A stretch of 38,272 bases of DNA from Thermoplasmatota archaeon (GTDB taxonomy: Archaea; Thermoplasmatota; E2; UBA202; DSCA01), in the NCBI GenBank assembly GCA_049975285.1, contig JBNGDQ010000001.1, forward strand, positions 1 to 38,272. The letters are read 5' to 3'. Shown piece by piece: positions 1 through 9,158 of the stretch. Under the pieces are notes generated by a model. It was not told the origin of the DNA and ran no database searches. It was given only the letters and a program-made list of their open reading frames with translations. Positions within the stretch are counted from its first letter, which is position 1. Each line of letters begins with the position of its first letter. A program made the translations under genes and the position numbers.

Positions 1-1622
1 CCGATGGGAATCGGGGGAATGATCTCCCGGCCGAGGAGGTTGAGGTAGAGATAGTCCTGCTTGGGAGTCAGCAGGGAGATATCCGGATCCGTGGTGTCGA
101 TGGTGAAGTTGCTGGAGGTCGCCCAGCCGGTGTTGCCCGCATCATCCGTCGCGTTGATGCGAAGCTGGTACTGGCCGTTATCCCAGGTGGAGACATCGAT
201 TAATATGTTGCCTTCATTGTTTAACGGGAATTCATCGCTTATCCAGGATTCATTGATTACAGACCAGGTATCCTCGCCGGCCTCCCGGTACAATATCCAG
301 ATGGTATCATCAAGATTTTCGTCGATGTTGTCCGTGGCGTTCCAGACGACGTCCAGTTCTCCTTCGCCGCCGAGAATCTGCCCTTCCTTGGGCTGCTCGA
401 AAACAATGGTGGGCGGCGTATTGTCCAGGGTGAATTCACTAGATATATTGGAGCCAGTATTGCCGGCATCATCCGTCGCGTTGACCTGGAGCCGGTAGAC
501 CCCGCCGGTGAACGGATTCGTATTCCAGGTATAGGTACCAGTGTTGCTGAGGTTCGATGCCACGGGGATGACCGTATCATCCTGGACGAGAGAAATGTTG
601 ATGGCGCCGCTCAGGTTGCCGTCGACCTGGTCGGTGGCGTTCCAGGTCACGATCACGGTGCCCTTCACGTATTCCACCGTGGGCGTCAGTACCTGGACCG
701 CAGGAGCCGTATGGTCGATCTTTATCTGCCGGCTCCCGGTCGTGGTATGGCCTGCCACGTCGGTCACGCGGAACATGAAGGTATGGTTGTCCTCGTCGCT
801 CAGCTGGAAGAGGCCAGTGTAATCAGTCCAGATGCCACTGGATACATCCCAGTACTCGGTCTGGTTGACGCCGGATGGCGTGTCGGCGGCATCAAGGGTT
901 ATCTCCACCGGGCCCACGTACCAGCCGTTACGGCCGCCCGGTGTCTCTGGATCGAGATGGCATTCAATGGTGGGCAGCGTGGCATCAATTTTGACCTGCC
1001 GGGTGTCCGTTTCTCCCTGAGCACCGCTGGTATCCACCGCGTAATAGGAGATGACGTGTATGCCGTCGGCTGTCAGGTTGAAGACGCCATCGTAGGTGTA
1101 CCAGGGGTCACCGTCGACGCTGTAGTTGATGTAATCAAGATAGGAGGCATTTTCGACCGCTGTTATGGTGACGGATACATTCCCGGTGTACCAGTTTTGC
1201 TGACCGAGCGGGCCGTCGAGGGTAACAACCAGGCTGACGTTGACGTTGTCCACTGTGACGGTGCGCCGGGCAACATCGGAATAATTCACCCCGTCGTAGC
1301 TCCGGGCGGCAATGGTGTGCTCGCCATCGGGAACAAGGGTGGTATCCCAGCTGTAGTTCCAGCTCGTGGTCCCGGTCGCCGCCTGCCATGATCCATCATC
1401 TATCTGCACCTCCACCAACTGGAGGGTCTGGTTTTCATCTGCCACGCTGGCGGTTCCCTCTACCAGTATGGTGCCATTAATCGTGGCTCCCTCCAGAGGA
1501 GACGTTATATCCACCAGTGGCGGCTGGCCTCCCTGGCCCTCGGCCAATACGAAGGTGACGGATACAGCGATGACGGTAACAATGATGAAGGATGTAATGC
1601 CAAGTAACCTTTCCTTTCTCAT
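1..1622 (-). CDS. Cell-surface/secreted protein with N-terminal signal-anchor and tandem Ig-like (OmpL47/Big-type) beta-sandwich domains; partial, 3' end runs off the window
   Basis: Absent from the supplied ORF track because no stop lies inside the window. Manual reverse-complement translation from ATG 1622-1620 (GGTGGA SD-like motif just upstream) stays open to position 3. It reads MRKERLLGITSFIIVTVIAVSVTFVLAEGQ..., a hydrophobic leader. Two 'NWY/NGWYxGxV' Ig modules follow, then repeated modules ending ...NATDDAGNTG(S/W)...F T (L/I) D. N-x-S/T sequons are very frequent. Confidence 0.8.
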   Translation of the reverse strand, partial: MRKERLLGITSFIIVTVIAVSVTFVLAEGQGGQPPLVDITSPLEGATINGTILVEGTASVADENQTLQLVEVQIDDGSWQAATGTTSWNYSWDTTLVPDGEHTIAARSYDGVNYSDVARRTVTVDNVNVSLVVTLDGPLGQQNWYTGNVSVTITAVENASYLDYINYSVDGDPWYTYDGVFNLTADGIHVISYYAVDTSGAQGETDTRQVKIDATLPTIECHLDPETPGGRNGWYVGPVEITLDAADTPSGVNQTEYWDVSSGIWTDYTGLFQLSDEDNHTFMFRVTDVAGHTTTGSRQIKIDHTAPAVQVLTPTVEYVKGTVIVTWNATDQVDGNLSGAINISLVQDDTVIPVASNLSNTGTYTWNTNPFTGGVYRLQVNATDDAGNTGSNISSEFTLDNTPPTIVFEQPKEGQILGGEGELDVVWNATDNIDENLDDTIWILYREAGEDTWSVINESWISDEFPLNNEGNILIDVSTWDNGQYQLRINATDDAGNTGWATSSNFTIDTTDPDISLLTPKQDYLYLNLLGREIIPPIPI

Positions 1623-1661
1623 GATTCCACCGGGCGTAGTGAATTGGTAAAACAGATGTGC

Positions 1662-1715
1662 TTTTAAAACATTTGCTCTCGCGCAGGAGCCGCCATACAC
1701 AAAAAGCGTTATATA
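1662..1715. promoter_or_regulatory. Divergent promoter region with two TATA-like boxes (TTTTAAAA 1662-1669 for the minus-strand surface protein; TTATATA 1709-1715 for the plus-strand rSAM gene)
   Basis: A/T-rich octamers sit in an otherwise GC-rich spacer. The 1709-1715 box is about 27 nt upstream of ATG 1739 (leaderless geometry). The 1662-1669 box is about 40-47 nt from ATG 1622, which leaves room for the SD-like motif. Confidence 0.4.
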
Positions 1716-1738
1716 GCCCCCCGGATTTTGCCCACACG

Positions 1739-3058
1739 ATGGATATCCTTCTTATTTATCCTCATCTGGAGCACGGCGTGACCACCCGGGAGGACAGCCA
1801 CACCCCGTTTTCGAAGCTGTTCGGCAATCCCTCCCTGACGCTGCCCCAGATAGCCGCCGTCACACCCGAGAAACACAACGTCCGTATCCTGGATGAAAAC
1901 TTTGAGCCCGTCCGGTACGACGGAGACTGGGACCTCGTCGGCATCAGCTGCCTGACCATGACCGCACCCTACGCCTACCAGATGGCGGACCGATTCCGGC
2001 AGCGGGGCATCCCCGTAGTGCTCGGCGGATACCATCCGACCGCCTGCCCGGAGGAAGCCAGCCAGCACGCGGATGCCATCGTCATCGGCGAGGGCGAGGC
2101 AGGATGGCCGGAACTGCTCCACGACCTCGAAAACAACGGCAAACTCAAACAGTTCTACGGCCGGCAGAGCTGCGTCCAGGCCGAGCAGATTCCAGAGCCC
2201 CGGATGGACCTCGTCCGGTACAAGCCGCTCACCGGCTGCATCCAGACCCAGCGGGGCTGCCCCCACGGCTGCGAGTTCTGCTCCACCTCTGCCTTCCTCG
2301 GACGACAGGTGCGCAGCCGGCCGATACCCGACGTCATCCAGGAGATGAAAAAGATACCCAACAAGCTGATTATCTTCCGGGATGCATCCCTCACCATCAA
2401 GCCCACCTACAGCCGCAAGCTGTTCAACGAGATGATCCAGCAGGACGTCAACAAGAAATGGATCGCCAACGGCAACATCAACCTGCTCAGCCGAGACGAA
2501 GCATTCCTGGAGCTGGCAAAGGAAGCCGGCTGCATCGCCTGGTTCGTCGGCATCGAATCCATCTCCCCTGAAAGCCTCAAGGAGGCCCATAAGACCTCGA
2601 ACACGGCCAGCCAGTACAAGCAGGCCATCAAAACAATCAGGGATCACGGCATGGCGGTCATCGCCGGCATCATCTTCGGGTTCGACCACGACACCCCGGA
2701 CATCTTCGACACCACGCTGGAAAAAATGCTGGAATGGGAGATAGACGTCGGCGAATTCAACATCCTCACCCCCTACCCCGGGACGGCGCTCTTCGACCGG
2801 CTGGACAGTGAAGACCGCATTTTCACCAAGGACTGGTCAAAGTACACGCAGTCCAACGTCGTCTACCAGCCCAAAAATATGACCCCGGAGGAGCTCATGG
2901 AGGGCACCAAACGAGTCATCGACGGCTACTACAACGGGCTGCAGAGCCTGAAGCGCGTCCTGGGCACCCTGAAAATCAGCAAGCTGGCGCCGACCTCGCT
3001 CGTCGTCCCGTCCATCAACTTCGCCATGCGCCGCTACTATTACCGGGAGTTCTTCTGA
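1739..3058 (+). CDS. Cobalamin(B12)-binding-domain radical SAM enzyme (class B rSAM, HpnP/BchE-like architecture), paralog A
   Basis: The ORF-track entry 1658..3058 starts at GTG; the first ATG is at 1739, downstream of a TATA box. The N-terminal Rossmann-like B12 region reads DLVGISCLTMTAPYAYQMADRFRQRGIPVVLGGYHPT...AIVIGEGE. The radical-SAM CxxxCxxC motif is GCPHGCEFC. It aligns along its full length with the CDS at 28156..29547. Confidence 0.85.
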   Translation: MDILLIYPHLEHGVTTREDSHTPFSKLFGNPSLTLPQIAAVTPEKHNVRILDENFEPVRYDGDWDLVGISCLTMTAPYAYQMADRFRQRGIPVVLGGYHPTACPEEASQHADAIVIGEGEAGWPELLHDLENNGKLKQFYGRQSCVQAEQIPEPRMDLVRYKPLTGCIQTQRGCPHGCEFCSTSAFLGRQVRSRPIPDVIQEMKKIPNKLIIFRDASLTIKPTYSRKLFNEMIQQDVNKKWIANGNINLLSRDEAFLELAKEAGCIAWFVGIESISPESLKEAHKTSNTASQYKQAIKTIRDHGMAVIAGIIFGFDHDTPDIFDTTLEKMLEWEIDVGEFNILTPYPGTALFDRLDSEDRIFTKDWSKYTQSNVVYQPKNMTPEELMEGTKRVIDGYYNGLQSLKRVLGTLKISKLAPTSLVVPSINFAMRRYYYREFF

Positions 3059-3693
3059 TGACAGTCATGAAAAAAGATACCAGCATTCATGTACGCGGGG
3101 CCACGATACGACTGCTGGGCGTCGTCCACGGCCTCGAACGGGAGGGAAAACGCGTACAGCAGGCCTTCCTGGCCTTCGAGCCGGACTGCTGCGCCGTCGG
3201 CATTCCAAAGGAGGACGTGGAGACGCTCCGCGAGTGCCGCGGCATCGACCAGCCGGACTTCGAGACGACATCGGAACGAGACGTATTCTTTGAGCAGCTG
3301 GCCACGTATGGCACCGTGACGGTTCCCCCGGCGGACCTCGTCGCCGCGGCGACGCTGGCCGATGAAGAAGACATACCCTTGGAAGCCATCGATCTGGACG
3401 ACGATGAATACGCGGCGCTGTTCACCGACGAGATATCACTCTTCGGGCTCATGTTCAACCGCTGGAAGAACCGACGCGCGGAAAAAAAGAGCTTCGAGGC
3501 GGCGAGCGCCGAGGATTTCGTCCTGCGGTGGGACAGCCGGTTCAATGCTACTCGGTCATTCCAGGCGATAAAGCAGGCGCAGGAGAAACACATGGCCGAC
3601 CGGCTATGGCAGCTCGCCGGCCGGTACAGCCGCATCCTCGCCGTGATTCCCTACGAGCGATTTGATGGCGTCGCCGCTGGGCTCGGTCATTGA
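3058..3693 (+). CDS. TraB/PrgY-like family protein (tentative); conserved hypothetical
   Basis: The ATG overlaps the upstream TGA by 1 nt (TGATG), suggesting translational coupling; an alternative ATG lies at 3067. The N-terminus IRLLGVVHGLEREGKRVQQAFLAFEPDCCAVGIPKEDV resembles the TraB signature (GTAHVS...PD.VAVEL). The functional call is weak. Confidence 0.5.
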   Translation: MTVMKKDTSIHVRGATIRLLGVVHGLEREGKRVQQAFLAFEPDCCAVGIPKEDVETLRECRGIDQPDFETTSERDVFFEQLATYGTVTVPPADLVAAATLADEEDIPLEAIDLDDDEYAALFTDEISLFGLMFNRWKNRRAEKKSFEAASAEDFVLRWDSRFNATRSFQAIKQAQEKHMADRLWQLAGRYSRILAVIPYERFDGVAAGLGH

Positions 3694-3737
3694 AAAAACA
3701 TAAAAAGAGAAGCGGCATTACCAGCGAAGGTGCTATT

Positions 3738-5054
3738 ATGGCAAAGCAAAAAGTCGTTATCATGGGCGCAGCGGGACGAGATTTTCACAACTTCAACGCC
3801 TACTACCGGGACAACGAGAACTACAAGGTCGTGGCGTTCACAGCCACCCAGATACCGGATATCGCGGGGCGAAAATATCCCCCGGAGCTGGCCGGTCGAT
3901 TATACCCGGAGGGCATCCCGATCCTGCCGGAGAGCGACCTGCCTGAGATTATCAGGCAGCATCACGTTGACGAGGTCGTCTTCGCGTACAGCGACGTGCC
4001 CTACGACTACCTGATGCACCGCTCGGCTATCGCCAACGCCGCCGGAGCTGACTTCCGGCTGCTCGGCCCCAATAATGTCATGCTGAAATCGAGGAAGCCC
4101 CTGATAGCGGTCTGCGCGGCGCGGACGGGCTGCGGCAAGTCACAGATATCCCGGAAGCTCTTTGAACTGTTAAGCCAGCGGTACGACGTGGCCGCCATCC
4201 GGCATCCAATGCCCTACGGGGACCTGGCCAAGCAGGCGGTGCAGCGCTTCGCGGGCTACGATGACCTCGACCGGCATGAGACGACGATTGAGGAGCGGGA
4301 GGAATATGAGCCCTACATTGACATGGGCGGCGTGGTCTACGCCGGCGTGGACTATGGCGCTATCCTGAAGGAGGCGGAAAAAGACGGGGATGTGATCATC
4401 TGGGACGGCGGCAACAATGATTTTCCCTTCTATCGGCCGGATCTGCATATCACCATCGTGGATCCGCATCGAGCCGGGCATGAGCTGGCCTATTATCCCG
4501 GGGAGGTCAACGTCAGGATGGCGGATATCGTCATCGTGAACAAGGTGGATACCGCGGATGAAGGCAACGTCGAGCAGGTGGAGAAAAACGTCCGAAGCGT
4601 CAACCCCGACGCGCGCATCATCCGAATGGCATCCGAGGTGACGGCGGATGACGGCGACCTGTCCGGGAAAAAGGTGCTGGTCATCGAGGACGGTCCGACG
4701 TTGACGCATGGAGAGATGCAGTTCGGCGCGGGCATCGTCGCGGTGCGGAAAGCCGGGGCGACGCCCGTTGATCCCCGCGATGCAGCCGTGGGCTCCATCC
4801 GGGATGCCTTCGAGAAGTATAATCATCTGGAGAACGTACTGCCGGCGCTGGGCTACGGCGAGGAGCAGGTCGCGGAGCTGGAGGAGACCATCAGCCGGGT
4901 GGACTGTGACGTGGTTGTCTCTGCCACACCGATTGACATCACCCGCCTGGTGAACGTGGATAAACCCATCGTCCGGGTGCGGTATGGCGTCGATGAGGCC
5001 GGCGCGGAGAAGCTCCGGCAAGTGCTCGATTCATTTACGGCTGAACACCTCTAA
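3738..5054 (+). CDS. COG2403-type P-loop NTPase (predicted GTPase / cyclic 2,3-diphosphoglycerate synthetase-like)
   Basis: The ORF-track start at 3690 is TTG. ATG 3738 is preceded by GAAGGTG. Recognisable elements are the N-terminus MAKQKVVIMGAAGRDFHNFN, the Walker A motif AARTGCGKSQ, and the NKxD motif VIVNKVDT. At 438 aa the length is typical of this family. Confidence 0.7.
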   Translation: MAKQKVVIMGAAGRDFHNFNAYYRDNENYKVVAFTATQIPDIAGRKYPPELAGRLYPEGIPILPESDLPEIIRQHHVDEVVFAYSDVPYDYLMHRSAIANAAGADFRLLGPNNVMLKSRKPLIAVCAARTGCGKSQISRKLFELLSQRYDVAAIRHPMPYGDLAKQAVQRFAGYDDLDRHETTIEEREEYEPYIDMGGVVYAGVDYGAILKEAEKDGDVIIWDGGNNDFPFYRPDLHITIVDPHRAGHELAYYPGEVNVRMADIVIVNKVDTADEGNVEQVEKNVRSVNPDARIIRMASEVTADDGDLSGKKVLVIEDGPTLTHGEMQFGAGIVAVRKAGATPVDPRDAAVGSIRDAFEKYNHLENVLPALGYGEEQVAELEETISRVDCDVVVSATPIDITRLVNVDKPIVRVRYGVDEAGAEKLRQVLDSFTAEHL

Positions 5055-5073
5055 CCGTTTCCCTTTTCCCCGA

Positions 5074-5080
5074 TTTTTTT
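5074..5080 (+). terminator. Oligo-T tract (T7) downstream of the rSAM/TraB-like/GTPase operon
   Basis: TTTTTTT lies 20 nt after the TAA at 5052-5054. Archaeal terminators are typically oligo-T runs. Confidence 0.4.
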
Positions 5081-5110
5081 CTCTCCAGTGTATCTGAGAC
5101 GGGGAAATGG

Positions 5111-5119
5111 TTTTATAGA
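5111..5119 (+). promoter_or_regulatory. TATA-like box (TTTTATAGA) for the secreted protein gene
   Basis: Its centre is about 25 nt upstream of ATG 5140. Confidence 0.4.
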
Positions 5120-5139
5120 ATATTAGTCATATTGCATCC

Positions 5140-6696
5140 ATGAAAACACTGTTCATATGCGCCCTGCTGGCGGCCGTCATCGGACTGGCGCCGCTGGGAG
5201 GCGTTTCCCTGTATGAGGATGAAACGGCTGCGTTTACTACGACGACGGCTACTGCGGACGATGGCGACCTTGACCCATTGAGCGACATCGAGGTGACCGT
5301 CACCATTGAACAGATACGGTCACTGGTAGCGGATGACGTGGCGCCGGTGACGATTGATAAGATCGACCGGTTGAGCGACCCTGACTTTTATGTCAAGGTG
5401 TACATCAACGGGGAGGAGTTCGTCAGCCCCGTCTGGAAGAATCAGCGATATGTCTACGAGGAATGGTCGGCCACGGCGGACGTCCCGGACGATGAGGAGT
5501 TCGTGGACATCGTGATTCAGCTCTGGGATAAAAATCCCGGCCTGGACCGGCTGTGCGACCTGAGCACCAACGAGGAGATGTATCCCTACAGTTATACCGT
5601 CAACCTGACCTACAGCCTGAAAACCGGTCACTGGTATGGAGATGACTACATCTACAACGAAGAGGAATGGTGGGAGGGACCCGACGAGAGCGGCTACGGC
5701 CGTTTGAATGGCTGCGATGACAACAGCCAGTATCAGCATGACCGGGACTGTGAGCTCTGGTTCGATATCAGCCAGAGCGACCCGGATGGTGACGGCATCC
5801 CCTATTGGACGGAGCAAAACGTGTACGGCACAGATCCCGAGGTGGACAACACGGGCGAGGATGCCGACGGTGACGGCGTACCCATCGAATGGGAGCACAA
5901 ATGGGGTCATACCTTCGAGTGGGACTGGTGGGACGACGAAGTTGAGCACGTCTGGGTCTATGACCCCTTCGTGGCGGAGAATCACTCTGAACTGGATCCC
6001 GATGAGGACGGGCTGACCAACGTCGAGGAATACCTGACCTCGCAGTGGGGCTCCGATCCCTTCCGGGATGACCTGTTCATCGAGCTCGACCAGATGAAGG
6101 CCGGCAGTGACGGCCAGCAGGCCAGCATCCTCACGGAGGGGGCACAGGAACGGCTGCGGACCGCGTACGACAAGCACAACATCGTCTACCATCTCGACGA
6201 CGGCTGCATGGGCGGCGGCGAGATGATACCCTTCGATTTGGAAACCGGGGGACGGGAGCTCCGGGAGGATTACTATCAGGACTACTTTTTGCACGACGGC
6301 GAGAACGAATGGCGGCAGGGTGTCTTCCACTACGGCGTAGTGGTATGGGACGCCGGCTTCAACGGCTACGCGATACGGCGGGACATGTGGCAGATATCCG
6401 CCAAATATATCGAGGAGAAAACCCGGCAGTTGTTCTTCGTCGACGAGGACATCGTCTACGCCAGCGTCTACATGCATGAGACGGGGCACTCCCTCGCCAT
6501 CTACAATCCCGGCGTGGATAACCATAATGCGATGTATCCTTGGCAGCCTGAATACTGGAAATACCGGCCCTACCGGAGCTGCATGAATTACGGATACACG
6601 TATACCTTCGTCGACTACTCGGATGGCTCCCGCGGGATGAACGACTTCGATGACTGGAGCGACCTCGACCTCACCTATTTCGACGACTACCGATAA
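5140..6696 (+). CDS. Secreted acidic protein with thrombospondin-type-3-like Ca-binding repeats and an HExxH zinc-metalloprotease-like motif
   Basis: Signal peptide: MKTLFICALLAAVIGLAPLGG. An N-terminal C2-like beta-sandwich region includes DIEVTVTIEQ...FYVKVYINGEEF...IQLWDKN. DxDxDG repeats are DPDGDGIPYWTE, DADGDGVPIEWE and DPDEDGLTNVEE. The HETGH motif is encoded at 6475-6489. Confidence 0.75.
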   Translation: MKTLFICALLAAVIGLAPLGGVSLYEDETAAFTTTTATADDGDLDPLSDIEVTVTIEQIRSLVADDVAPVTIDKIDRLSDPDFYVKVYINGEEFVSPVWKNQRYVYEEWSATADVPDDEEFVDIVIQLWDKNPGLDRLCDLSTNEEMYPYSYTVNLTYSLKTGHWYGDDYIYNEEEWWEGPDESGYGRLNGCDDNSQYQHDRDCELWFDISQSDPDGDGIPYWTEQNVYGTDPEVDNTGEDADGDGVPIEWEHKWGHTFEWDWWDDEVEHVWVYDPFVAENHSELDPDEDGLTNVEEYLTSQWGSDPFRDDLFIELDQMKAGSDGQQASILTEGAQERLRTAYDKHNIVYHLDDGCMGGGEMIPFDLETGGRELREDYYQDYFLHDGENEWRQGVFHYGVVVWDAGFNGYAIRRDMWQISAKYIEEKTRQLFFVDEDIVYASVYMHETGHSLAIYNPGVDNHNAMYPWQPEYWKYRPYRSCMNYGYTYTFVDYSDGSRGMNDFDDWSDLDLTYFDDYR

Positions 6697-6716
6697 CGGA
6701 CAGATACACAGATGGG

Positions 6717-9101
6717 CTACTGCTTTCGTTCAGCGGAAGCCACCTGCTGCTTGACCGTGATAACGCTGTCAGGATTAACGGAGACCGAGTCGATGCCCGC
6801 ACCGGCGAGAAACGCCGCAAAACCAGGATGATCACTGGGAGCCTGCCCGCAGAAGCCCACCTTGCAGTCATGCCGATGCGCCCGCTCGATGAGCAGGGTA
6901 ACCATGCGCTTGACGGCCTCGTCTCGCTCGTCGAACAGGTCGGAGAGCAGCTCGGAGTCCCGGTCGACGCCCAGGGTGAGCTGCGTGAGGTCGTTTGAAC
7001 CGATGGAGAAGCCGTCGAATCGCTGGGCAAACTCGCCTGCCAGGATGACATTGGAGGGTATCTCCGCCATCATGTATACCTGGAGGCCGTGGTCGCCCCG
7101 CCGGAGGCCATTGGCGGCGAGCTCCGCCAGGACGAGGTCTGCCTCCCGGACGGTGCGGCAGAAGGGAATCATGACGATGACGTTGTCCAGACCCAGCTCC
7201 TCCCGGACGCACCGGATGGCCCGGCATTCAAGGGCGAAGCCTTCCCGGTACCGCTGGCTGTAGTACCGGCTGGCACCGCGGAAGCCCAGCATGGGATTGC
7301 TCTCGGTGGGCTCGAATTGGGCGCCGCCGATGAGGTTAGCGTACTCGTTGCTCTTGAAGTCGCTCATCCGGACGATGACTGGATGCGGGTACTGCGATGC
7401 CGCGATGCGACCGATGCCCCGGGCCAGCTGGGAGACGAAGTACTCCGTCTTGTCGCTGTAGTTGCGCGTCAGCCGGGCGATTTGCTCCTTCGCCTCGGTA
7501 TCGGCGAGGCGGTCGTAGTGGACGAGCGCCAGAGGATGAACTTTGATGATGTTGTTGATGATGAATTCCATCCGGGCGAGACCGATGCCCTGCGCTGGCA
7601 GCCGCCACCAGCGGAAGGCTGCCCCGGGGGTGGCGACGTTCATCATAACCTTCGTGTGCGTTGCAGGTATCTGGCCGATGTCTACGGTTTCTACCTCGAA
7701 GTCCAGGATGCCGTCGTAGATGACGCCGCGTTCCCCCTCGGCGCAGCAGAGGGTTATCTCCTGGCCGTCCTGAATGGCCTCGGTGGCGGTGTCGGTGCCG
7801 ACGACGGCGGGAATGCCGAGCTCCCGGCTGACGATGGCGGCATGGCTGGTCCGGCCGCCGTGGTCGGTGATGATACCGGCGGCTTTTTTCATGATGGGCA
7901 CCCAGTCGGGATGGGTCATGCCCGTGACGAGGATGGATCCCTCCTGGAAGCGATGCATATCCCCGGTGCCCTTGATGACCTGGGCGGTGCCAGTGGTGAC
8001 GGTCTGCCCGATGGCCAGGCCGGCGACGACCTCCCGGCCTTTCTCCGTCAGTTTGTAGGTGCGAAGCGTGGTGCCGGTCTGCCGGGACTGCACCGTCTCC
8101 GGTCGAGCCTGCAGGATGTAGAGCTTTCCGGTTTCGCCGTCCTTGGCCCATTCGACGTCCATGGGTCGGCCGTAGTGTTCCTCGATGCGTTTCGCCCAGC
8201 GGGCAAGCTGGAGGATCTCGTCGTCGGTGAGAACGAAGGAGGCTCGCTCCTCCTGGGAGGTACCCACGGTCTTGGTGCTCTGGACTTCGCCGCTGGTGTA
8301 CACCATCTTGGTGGTCTTCGGGCCGCAGGTCTTGCCGATGATGGGGCGCAGTTTGTCGCTGTCCAGCAGCGGCTTGCATACTATGTATTCATCCGGGGTG
8401 ACGCTGCCCTGGACGACGTTTTCGCCCAGACCCCAGGAGGCATTGATGACCACGGCGTGAGGAAAGCCCGTCTCGGTATCAATGGTGAAGATGACGCCGG
8501 CTCCCGCGGTATCCGACCGAACCATCTTCTGGATGCCGATGGACAATGCCACCTGGAGATGGCTGAAACCGTGCTCCTCCCGATAGATGATAGCCCGGTC
8601 GGTGAACAGGGAGGCAAAGCATTTCTGGCAGGCCTCCAGCACGGCCTCGCTGCCCCGCACGTTGAGGTAGGTATCCTGCTGCCCCGCAAAGCTGGCCTCC
8701 GGTAGATCCTCGGCGGTGGCGCTGCTCCGTACGGCTACATCGGTCTCGTCGACCTGGTAAAACTGGGAGAGCTCGTGGTAGGCCTGGCGGACCTCCTCAG
8801 CCATGTCATCAGGGAAGGACGCCCGGCGGAACAAATCCCGGATGGTCTGGCCGGTGCGCTCCAGGGACTGCTCTCCCTGCTCGAGGCGGGTGAGCTCTCG
8901 TTCGATGCGCCCGGCGAGGCCGTTGTCGTCCAGAAACGTCCAGTAGGCGTCGACGGTGAGCGCGAAGCCCCGAGGCACGTCGATGTCCTGCTGGCTGAAG
9001 GTATGAATCATTTCGCCCAGCGAAGCGTTTTTGCCGCCCACCACCTCCACATCGTCGGACGTGATGTCTGAAAACCAGCGAACGTAGGCCATGGACACCA
9101 T
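6717..9101 (-). CDS. ppsA: Phosphoenolpyruvate synthase (pyruvate, water dikinase)
   Basis: The product is 794 aa. It has the GGKNASLGEM ATP-grasp N-terminus, the phosphohistidine loop GGRTSHAAIVSRELGIPAVVG, and the C-terminal PEP-utilizer motif GSNDLTQ. An alternative ATG lies at 9092. Confidence 0.97.
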   Translation of the reverse strand: MVSMAYVRWFSDITSDDVEVVGGKNASLGEMIHTFSQQDIDVPRGFALTVDAYWTFLDDNGLAGRIERELTRLEQGEQSLERTGQTIRDLFRRASFPDDMAEEVRQAYHELSQFYQVDETDVAVRSSATAEDLPEASFAGQQDTYLNVRGSEAVLEACQKCFASLFTDRAIIYREEHGFSHLQVALSIGIQKMVRSDTAGAGVIFTIDTETGFPHAVVINASWGLGENVVQGSVTPDEYIVCKPLLDSDKLRPIIGKTCGPKTTKMVYTSGEVQSTKTVGTSQEERASFVLTDDEILQLARWAKRIEEHYGRPMDVEWAKDGETGKLYILQARPETVQSRQTGTTLRTYKLTEKGREVVAGLAIGQTVTTGTAQVIKGTGDMHRFQEGSILVTGMTHPDWVPIMKKAAGIITDHGGRTSHAAIVSRELGIPAVVGTDTATEAIQDGQEITLCCAEGERGVIYDGILDFEVETVDIGQIPATHTKVMMNVATPGAAFRWWRLPAQGIGLARMEFIINNIIKVHPLALVHYDRLADTEAKEQIARLTRNYSDKTEYFVSQLARGIGRIAASQYPHPVIVRMSDFKSNEYANLIGGAQFEPTESNPMLGFRGASRYYSQRYREGFALECRAIRCVREELGLDNVIVMIPFCRTVREADLVLAELAANGLRRGDHGLQVYMMAEIPSNVILAGEFAQRFDGFSIGSNDLTQLTLGVDRDSELLSDLFDERDEAVKRMVTLLIERAHRHDCKVGFCGQAPSDHPGFAAFLAGAGIDSVSVNPDSVITVKQQVASAERKQ

Positions 9102-9119
9102 GCTAGTATCTGTCGAGGC

Positions 9120-9136
9120 TATTTAACGTTTTTATG
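9120..9136. promoter_or_regulatory. Back-to-back TATA-like boxes (TATTTAA 9120-9126 for ppsA; TTTTTATG 9129-9136 for the transporter)
   Basis: Each box lies about 20-26 nt from its start codon (9101 on the minus strand, 9159 on the plus strand) within a 57-nt divergent spacer. Confidence 0.4.
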
Positions 9137-9158
9137 CCCCCGGCTGTTTCCCGGGTAT

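Noticed and set aside
61-1650. Plus-strand ORFs 61..498, 541..822, 711..1391, 832..1020 and 1366..1650
   Set aside because: All are antisense to the continuous minus-strand Ig-repeat surface-protein frame, which gives a coherent secreted-protein sequence.
7089-8705. 538-aa plus-strand ORF, plus other ORFs (6862..7263, 7336..8379, 8381..8689), inside ppsA
   Set aside because: They are antisense or out of frame relative to the clearly recognisable PEP synthase. Their composition is Gly/Ala/Asp/Arg-rich and artefactual.
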